This document shows positions 58,387 to 64,000 of a DNA stretch of 64,000 bases, piece after piece. Every line of letters begins with the position of its first letter. Position 1 is the stretch's first letter. The stretch comes from an uncultured Alphaproteobacteria bacterium (GTDB taxonomy: Bacteria > Pseudomonadota > Alphaproteobacteria > CAZZKF01). The position numbers and the translations under genes are program-made. A model generated the notes under the pieces. It saw only the letters and a list, made by a program, of their open reading frames with translations. It was not told where the DNA came from and did not search any database. The stretch is from assembly GCA_964654995.1 (NCBI GenBank), contig CAZZKF010000002.1, positions 3,113-67,112 on the forward strand, in the 5' to 3' direction.

Positions 58387-59549
58387 TGTTGTCGGGCCAC
58401 GCCGCCAGCTGATTCGAGGCCGAGAATTTCGCCGTAGCGGGCGAACATCTGCGCCTCGCTGAAGGACTCGCGGGCGCGAGCGCGATTGGCCTCGCCGAGG
58501 CGCCGGCGCAGGCTCTCATCGCCGGCCAGCGCCGAGAGCGCGGCAGCGAGCGCTCCTTCGTCGCCGCGCGGCACGATCAGCTTGCGGTTCTCCGGCGCCA
58601 CCATCGCTGCCACGTCACCAACATCGACGCCCGCCACCGGCAGCCCGGCGGCCATCGCCTGCAACACGGTGTTGGGCATCTGCTCGGTCAGGGAAGAGAG
58701 CGCGTAGATATCAAACAGGCCGATCACCTCTTCGGGTGCCTCCACCTGGCCGGCCCAGATCAGCCGATCGCCCAGCCCGGCCTCCCGCGCCACCGCGTCC
58801 AGCCGGTCCCGCTCCGGCCCGTCGCCGACAATCATCAGCCGCGCAGGCTCAATTCCGGAGGCGGCGAAGGCGCGAATCAGACCTTGCAGATTCTTCTCCG
58901 GCCGCAAGGGAGCGATGGTGCCGACGATCACCTCGCCTTGGCGTCGGACAAAACCGGGAACGCGCCCGGGTACCGGCGGCCGGGCGAAGCGATCGCAATC
59001 GACACCATTGGCGATGTGAATGATCCGCTCCTGCGGCACTCGCCAGCGTGTGCAGGCGATCTCGACCAAAGTGTGCGAGGGCACGATGAGCCCGGAAATC
59101 CTGGCCAAAGCCAGGCGGCGAAACAGATCGCGGCGTCGCACGGGGCGCTCCGCCTCGTCGCGCCCGAAGCCGCTTTCGAGATGAAAATGGGTGCAGACGG
59201 GCGCCAGCCGATGGGCGAGCGCCCATTCGATCGCCCCCCAGTTATAGGTCATCAGCACATCCGGACGCGCGTCGCGCAAGATGCGGCGTATCATTGCCAG
59301 CCGCAATGGCAAAGGCGCTTCGAGCGCCGGCGGGTCGCAGAGCTGCACCTGTGTCGCTGGCTCCAGGCGGCTGGCGGCATCGCGCCGTCCGTCCAGGGAG
59401 ACGATCGTGTGATGCGCCCCGCGGCCAGCGAAGTGATTGAGAACCGCGACCATGCGCAGTTCCACGCCGCCAAAGCCGAACGACGGGAAGACGTGGAGAA
59501 ACCGCCGGCCTGAGGCCGGCGCCCTGGGCCGACCGTCTGCCGCCATCAT
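58383..59549 (-). CDS. GT4-family glycosyltransferase
   Basis: Start MMAADGRPRAP... at ~59549; VLQAMAAGLPVAG motif; 4-nt overlap with downstream gene; upstream 46 codons of table ORF not called. Confidence 0.7.
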   Translation of the reverse strand: MMAADGRPRAPASGRRFLHVFPSFGFGGVELRMVAVLNHFAGRGAHHTIVSLDGRRDAASRLEPATQVQLCDPPALEAPLPLRLAMIRRILRDARPDVLMTYNWGAIEWALAHRLAPVCTHFHLESGFGRDEAERPVRRRDLFRRLALARISGLIVPSHTLVEIACTRWRVPQERIIHIANGVDCDRFARPPVPGRVPGFVRRQGEVIVGTIAPLRPEKNLQGLIRAFAASGIEPARLMIVGDGPERDRLDAVAREAGLGDRLIWAGQVEAPEEVIGLFDIYALSSLTEQMPNTVLQAMAAGLPVAGVDVGDVAAMVAPENRKLIVPRGDEGALAAALSALAGDESLRRRLGEANRARARESFSEAQMFARYGEILGLESAGGVARQQ

Positions 59550-59887
59550 GGTCGCGATCTGCGCCTCGCCCGTCACCACATCCACCTGTCTACCGTTGCC
59601 CCCGGCCGACCCGGTCACCGACCCGATGGCTCCGCAACACCGCATGGAAGCCACTGTGGCCCAACCGGGGCCGATGATGCCAGCCAAGACTTACTAAAAT
59701 CCCAAGGAGCAGCAAAATCCGCCGCGCCTTTTGCCGACAGCGGCCAGCAATTGCATCCGGAAATCGGCACCGAAGTGCAAAATCGTGCCAGATTGTTCAC
59801 GACGAGGTAAGGGTTTGGCGTTAAATAGGATATAAGCTGGGGAAATGGGGCGACGGGTGTTCCTGCTGATCGCAAGGGGGTGTGTAG

Positions 59888-61726
59888 GTGTTAAGGCATA
59901 TCTGGTTCCTGTTGGCGACCGTCTTTTCGGCGGTGATCGCCGTGGTTGCCTATCCATGGCTGCCGACGGCGATCGATGCCGTGACGCCGGGCGTTCTGAG
60001 CCAGGATTTCGTGCTGCTGTTCCGCCAGGATCCTTTCACCCTGATCGCCGGGTACGTCTCGATTGCGGCGCTTGCGCTGTTCGTCCTGGTTTTCGTGGGA
60101 TTGGCCGGTCTCGACGGAATCCGCATACAAATCGCCCGGCGCAAGCTGACACAATTACGCGATGACGCGGCCAGGACCGAGGACGTGCCGGTTCGCGAGC
60201 GCTTTCTCGCTGCCTTTTCCGACAGCCCGCAGTTCACGCGACTGGCCGAGCGCTATGCCGCCAGCATCGACGGTCACGATGCCGGTTCGTCCGAGGGCAG
60301 GCGCGCCGGTTCCCGCGAACTGTGGTCGACAATGCCGGCAACCGCCGTTTTCAACGCCTGGTCGCTGGGTGAGCGTCATCTTTATCTGTGGTTTTTTGCC
60401 GTGTTGCCGCTGGCGCTTGCCGGCCTCGGGGTTCTCAGTCTTGTCGTCAGCCTGCTGTTTGGCCCCACCATAACTGCCGGTGCGGCAACCGCCATCGGCG
60501 AGACCGGCGCAGCAATCCCGGTCAGCGCCCTTCCCGGCCTGATCTGCCTGGCCCTGACCTGGACGGCCGCGCTGATCATCGCCGTCGTCATGCGGGCGGT
60601 GCTGGCCTTGCGCCGGGATCAGGCCCGCGACCTCGCCGATATCGTCGATTCCCTGTTCCACGGCGGAGCCGAAATCCGCTATCTGGCCGATGTCGCCCAG
60701 GCCACCCGCGGCACGGCACGCGACATCACCGCCTCGATCAGCAAGCTCGGCAACAAGCTGCACCAGGATATGGTGACCTATGGCCAGCGCATGCTCGAGG
60801 CGTCTCAGGCCCATGCCGACGTGATGCTCGAGAAGTTGTCCGAGGCGATCGAGGCGGCCCTGTCCAAACCACTGGCCAAGCTCACCACCGCAACCCAGCA
60901 GCAGACCCGCAATCAGAATACGCGGGTCAAGAAACTGCTGGATTCCGTGCTTGTCGACTTCACCAAGGAGCTGGAAAAGCATTTCGGCGGTCAGGTCAAG
61001 GAGGTCGAGGCGCTGCTCAAGGCCTCGGCGAAGACCGCCGGCAACGTGGAGAAGAGCTTTCGCGATGCCGTTCAGGCCCTGGCCAAGCAATCGCAAGCCC
61101 ACGGTCAGGCACTGGCCGACCAGATCGCCTCAAGTCTGAAGCAGGTCAAGACCGACGAATCCGAACGCTACGCGGCCTTGGCTCAGGACCTGCGCGACTT
61201 CACCCAGGCCCTGCGCGACCAGGTGGAGACCCACTCGCAGCGCTTCGAGGAATTGCTGGAAAACCAGTTGAGCAAGACCGAAGAGCTGGCCAGTTCGGTG
61301 CTCAACAAGGGTGCCGCAGACATCGCCCGGACGGCCGCCAGTTTCGAGGCCCTGCAGGGCAGCCTTGAGAGCATGATCACCCTGATCACGCCGATCATGC
61401 GCCAGGTGATTGAAAATCAGGAAAGTCTGCTGTCGGCGGTAGAGGCCGAATCGAGCGCCAGCAAAGTGATCGGCCGGGCCTCATCGGAGCTGAGTGCAGC
61501 GGCCCAGGCCAGTCGCGAAACCGTCGAGCGGTTTATTGCTCTGGCCGAACGACTGCGCGAGATCGGCGCAACCATGAATGTCCGCAGCGGCACGGCCGGT
61601 GCGCGCAGTGAACGATCGTCACGACTCACCGTGCCGGCCCGCACCGAAAAGCTCACACAGGCCGTACGCGAACTGAAAAACGTCGCCCGGGAAACGTCCG
61701 AGGCCTTGCCCAAGCTCGACGAATAG
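59888..61726 (+). CDS. polytopic membrane protein (4 predicted TM helices) with ~370-aa C-terminal coiled-coil/helical-repeat domain; function unknown
   Basis: 612 aa; TM1 IWFLLATVFSAVIAVVAY, TM2 LIAGYVSIAALALFVLVFVGLAG, TM3/4 LYLWFFAVLPLALAGLGVLSLVVSLLF / LPGLICLALTWTAALIIAVVMRAV; remainder Ala/Gln/Glu/Lys-rich heptad-like repeats (QALRDQVETHSQRFEELLENQLSK...). GTG start. Confidence 0.55.
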   Translation: MLRHIWFLLATVFSAVIAVVAYPWLPTAIDAVTPGVLSQDFVLLFRQDPFTLIAGYVSIAALALFVLVFVGLAGLDGIRIQIARRKLTQLRDDAARTEDVPVRERFLAAFSDSPQFTRLAERYAASIDGHDAGSSEGRRAGSRELWSTMPATAVFNAWSLGERHLYLWFFAVLPLALAGLGVLSLVVSLLFGPTITAGAATAIGETGAAIPVSALPGLICLALTWTAALIIAVVMRAVLALRRDQARDLADIVDSLFHGGAEIRYLADVAQATRGTARDITASISKLGNKLHQDMVTYGQRMLEASQAHADVMLEKLSEAIEAALSKPLAKLTTATQQQTRNQNTRVKKLLDSVLVDFTKELEKHFGGQVKEVEALLKASAKTAGNVEKSFRDAVQALAKQSQAHGQALADQIASSLKQVKTDESERYAALAQDLRDFTQALRDQVETHSQRFEELLENQLSKTEELASSVLNKGAADIARTAASFEALQGSLESMITLITPIMRQVIENQESLLSAVEAESSASKVIGRASSELSAAAQASRETVERFIALAERLREIGATMNVRSGTAGARSERSSRLTVPARTEKLTQAVRELKNVARETSEALPKLDE

Positions 61727-61763
61727 GCGACAGCACACCCGGCTGATGGCAGCGGTGCGACAG

Positions 61764-64000
61764 CTACTTCTTCGTTTCCAACTGTTTGAGCAGCGCCCGG
61801 GCATCCTTGGCGCTTTCGAAATCCTTGCCCATGTTGAGGATGTCCTGAAGCTCACGCCGGGCATCCTGGATGCGCCCGTTCTGGTTCAGCGCGACCGCGA
61901 AATGATAGCGGATTTCAGGTGAGGTCGGGGCCATTGCCGCCGCCCGGCGCAAAAGGTCGAGCCCGCGGGTCTTGTCCCCCGAGGCCAGCACCGCCCACCC
62001 CAGCGTATCGGTGACTTCGGACGAATTGGGCGCCAGCGCATAGGCCTTTTCGGCGGTCGGCACCGCCTTGTCGCTGCCCACCCGCTGGTAAAGCCAGGCA
62101 AGGTTGTTGAGCACCACCACCCGATTGGCCGGATCATCCTGCTCGAGACGTTCGTATTGGGCGATGGCGTCGGCGAAACGCTCGGTATCCAGATAGGCGC
62201 CAGCCAGAACATGGCGAATGGCGATGTCCTTTGGATTGCTGTCCACCCAGGCCTTGAGCCCCGCCAGCGCCTGATCGACATCGCCCAACGCCCTTCGTGC
62301 CCGGTACAGCCGCACCGCCAAAGCCGAACTTGCCCCCTTCTTCTGGGCCTCGCCATAGGCGGCAAGCGCCTCCGCCGGCTGGTCCTGGCGCATATGAATG
62401 TCGCCCACCAGCATATCGATGGCCGCATCCTCGGGATATTTCGTGCGCATGTCCTGAGCCAGCGACATCGCCGTGTCCAGATTGCCCTCCTGAGTCTCGA
62501 GCGCGATCAGGGATTCCAGAGCCGGGCGAAAATCGGCATTCTCTGCCAGCGCCCGGCGAAACGCCCGGCGGGCGCCCTCGGCATCGGAGGACGCCGCCAG
62601 TGCCCGTCCCAGCAGATTATGGGCCTGCGGTGACCGCGGCAGCCGATCAGCCAGCTTGCGGAAGGTGGCCACCGCACTGTCGATATCCTTGGCCGCCAGC
62701 TGAGCCCGGCCCAGGGCCTCAAGAACGCGCGGCGCATCAGGATGCTTGAGCGCCAATTCGCTGGCCGCGGCGAGGGCCCGGTCGGCATTCTTGCTGACCA
62801 GATATAGGGCAATCAGCCGCAATCCCGGCTCGATGTTCTCAGGATCGGCGTTGATCGCTTTTTCCAGCCACTGCACCGCTTCCTCAGAATTGTTGGCACC
62901 GCGTTCCAGTTCGGCCAGGGCCATCATGGCGCCGACATTCTTGGGATCAGTCTTGAGAATCTTCCGGTATTGGCGGCGAGCGGCGTCCGGGTTCCCCTGG
63001 CGCAGGTCGATCTGGGCCAGGTTCATCATGGCCGGGTAATAATCTGACCGCAGCTTGAGAGCCCGTTCGAACGCGCGGCGGGCTTTTTCAAGGGCCCCCA
63101 TGCCGAGATAGGCGGCGCCGACGAGATTGGCCGCCAGGGGATTTTCCGGAGACCTGCGTTCCAGATCCTCGGCGGCCTTGAGCGCTTTCGGGAAATCGCG
63201 TTTGCGGAGCTCGACGAGGGCCAGAAGCACTGCCGCCTGTCCGACCTCGGGATCCAGTTCAACGGCGGTTTCGAGATTCGAGATCGCGCCTTCCGGATCA
63301 CCGCCGGCCAATTTGCTCAGCGCAAGCTGGGTGCGAATCGACGCTGCTTCGGGATTGGCCGAAGCGGCGCGCTCGAAATACTCGGTGGCCTTGGCATAAT
63401 CGCCAGATCCCATATAGGCGGCGCCGAGAAGCGCCAGCCCCTTGGCATCGGCACCTGCGCCTTCGGCCAGGGGCCGCAGGATTTTTACCGCTTCGTCAAA
63501 TTCGCTCTGGCGGATCAGCGCCGCACCCAGAAGGCGGCGCGCCGTCACATGTTGCGGAACTGCCTGGACAAACCGGCCAAGATTGGCGCGGGCCTGTTCG
63601 AAATGTCCCAAGGCATAATGAATAACGCCGCGCAGATAGACGTTCGGCAGATAGTTCTCAAGGACCTTGCCGGCCTTCTGCAAGGTTTCGTTGGCCTCCT
63701 CGAACTGGCGCTTCTTGGCCAGCCGCAGAGCCTCGAAATGAATGGCCAGCGGGTGCGACGGAGCGATCTCCCGGATTGAATCGATATCCTTTTGCGCCTC
63801 TTCGTCGCGATCGAGATCGATCAGCGACGCCGCCCGCCCCAGAAGCGCCGCCAGATTGCGCGGCTGGACCTCCAGCGCCGAGGTAAACAGGCTGACCGCC
63901 CGCTCACCGTCGCCGCGAAGCCGCGCCAGCTCGCCCTTGAGCACCAGCCCATTGGCAAACTGCGGCGAGATCTCAAGCGCCTTGTCGAGCTCGGCTTCGG
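61764..64000 (-). CDS. large TPR-repeat protein (N-terminus beyond window end)
   Basis: At least 745 aa of consecutive TPR units; frame stays open past the table's start at 63944 to the window edge; C-terminus at 61764. Confidence 0.7.
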   Translation of the reverse strand, partial: EAELDKALEISPQFANGLVLKGELARLRGDGERAVSLFTSALEVQPRNLAALLGRAASLIDLDRDEEAQKDIDSIREIAPSHPLAIHFEALRLAKKRQFEEANETLQKAGKVLENYLPNVYLRGVIHYALGHFEQARANLGRFVQAVPQHVTARRLLGAALIRQSEFDEAVKILRPLAEGAGADAKGLALLGAAYMGSGDYAKATEYFERAASANPEAASIRTQLALSKLAGGDPEGAISNLETAVELDPEVGQAAVLLALVELRKRDFPKALKAAEDLERRSPENPLAANLVGAAYLGMGALEKARRAFERALKLRSDYYPAMMNLAQIDLRQGNPDAARRQYRKILKTDPKNVGAMMALAELERGANNSEEAVQWLEKAINADPENIEPGLRLIALYLVSKNADRALAAASELALKHPDAPRVLEALGRAQLAAKDIDSAVATFRKLADRLPRSPQAHNLLGRALAASSDAEGARRAFRRALAENADFRPALESLIALETQEGNLDTAMSLAQDMRTKYPEDAAIDMLVGDIHMRQDQPAEALAAYGEAQKKGASSALAVRLYRARRALGDVDQALAGLKAWVDSNPKDIAIRHVLAGAYLDTERFADAIAQYERLEQDDPANRVVVLNNLAWLYQRVGSDKAVPTAEKAYALAPNSSEVTDTLGWAVLASGDKTRGLDLLRRAAAMAPTSPEIRYHFAVALNQNGRIQDARRELQDILNMGKDFESAKDARALLKQLETKK

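Noticed and set aside
1-64000. Mobile elements, CRISPR arrays, defence systems
   Set aside because: No transposase/integrase/recombinase-like ORF, no inverted terminal repeats flanking a cassette, no short direct-repeat/spacer array, no nuclease/ATPase/methylase combinations were seen; the ZorA-like resemblance of 59888..61726 is architectural only and lacks a ZorB partner.

Overview
This is a high-GC (about 65%) chromosomal segment from an alphaproteobacterium. Gene content and synteny fit Rhodospirillales (anmK<>tyrS divergent pair, amiC-mrcA-prfB, aroQ-accB-accC, DUF2155-MlaD-NDUFA12, long-form nrdJ, RNase E with S1 insertion and Ala/Pro/Arg-rich tail, and a bactofilin+M23 'LmdC-like' module). 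It is almost entirely protein-coding, with about 58 supported CDSs. No rRNA, tRNA, CRISPR, transposase or integrase is visible. Most genes are housekeeping: queCED, an iscR/cysteine-desulfurase/ferredoxin cluster, glnE, bcp, prfB with its programmed +1 frameshift, PBP1A, rne, thiS-thiG fusion, accBC, aat and class II RNR. The parts that look least ordinary are listed here. First, a ~3.5 kb insert-like stretch between two paralogous orphan family-5 solute-binding protein genes. It contains a secreted phytase-like protein, a translationally coupled PP-loop (Dph6/MJ0570-like) ATP pyrophosphatase + signal-peptide-less BtuF/FecB-like binding-protein pair, a secreted hypothetical, and a 35-codon acyl-CoA-dehydrogenase C-terminal remnant carrying its own Shine-Dalgarno. 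Second, a 612-aa polytopic membrane protein with a ~370-aa coiled-coil tail (ZorA-like architecture without a ZorB partner) next to three translationally coupled GT4 glycosyltransferases and a large TPR protein. Third, a perfect NrdR-type palindrome in the long nrdJ leader. Fourth, helically phased TTAATGG-like repeats upstream of the M23/bactofilin pair. Fifth, several short clusters of very rare AT-rich codons inside conserved catalytic regions of nrdJ, the M23 peptidase and a quinohemoprotein ADH. Coordinates of internal start codons and small non-coding motifs were counted by eye and may be off by 1-2 nt. ORF-table coordinates were used wherever possible, and table 'M' starts can be GTG/TTG.
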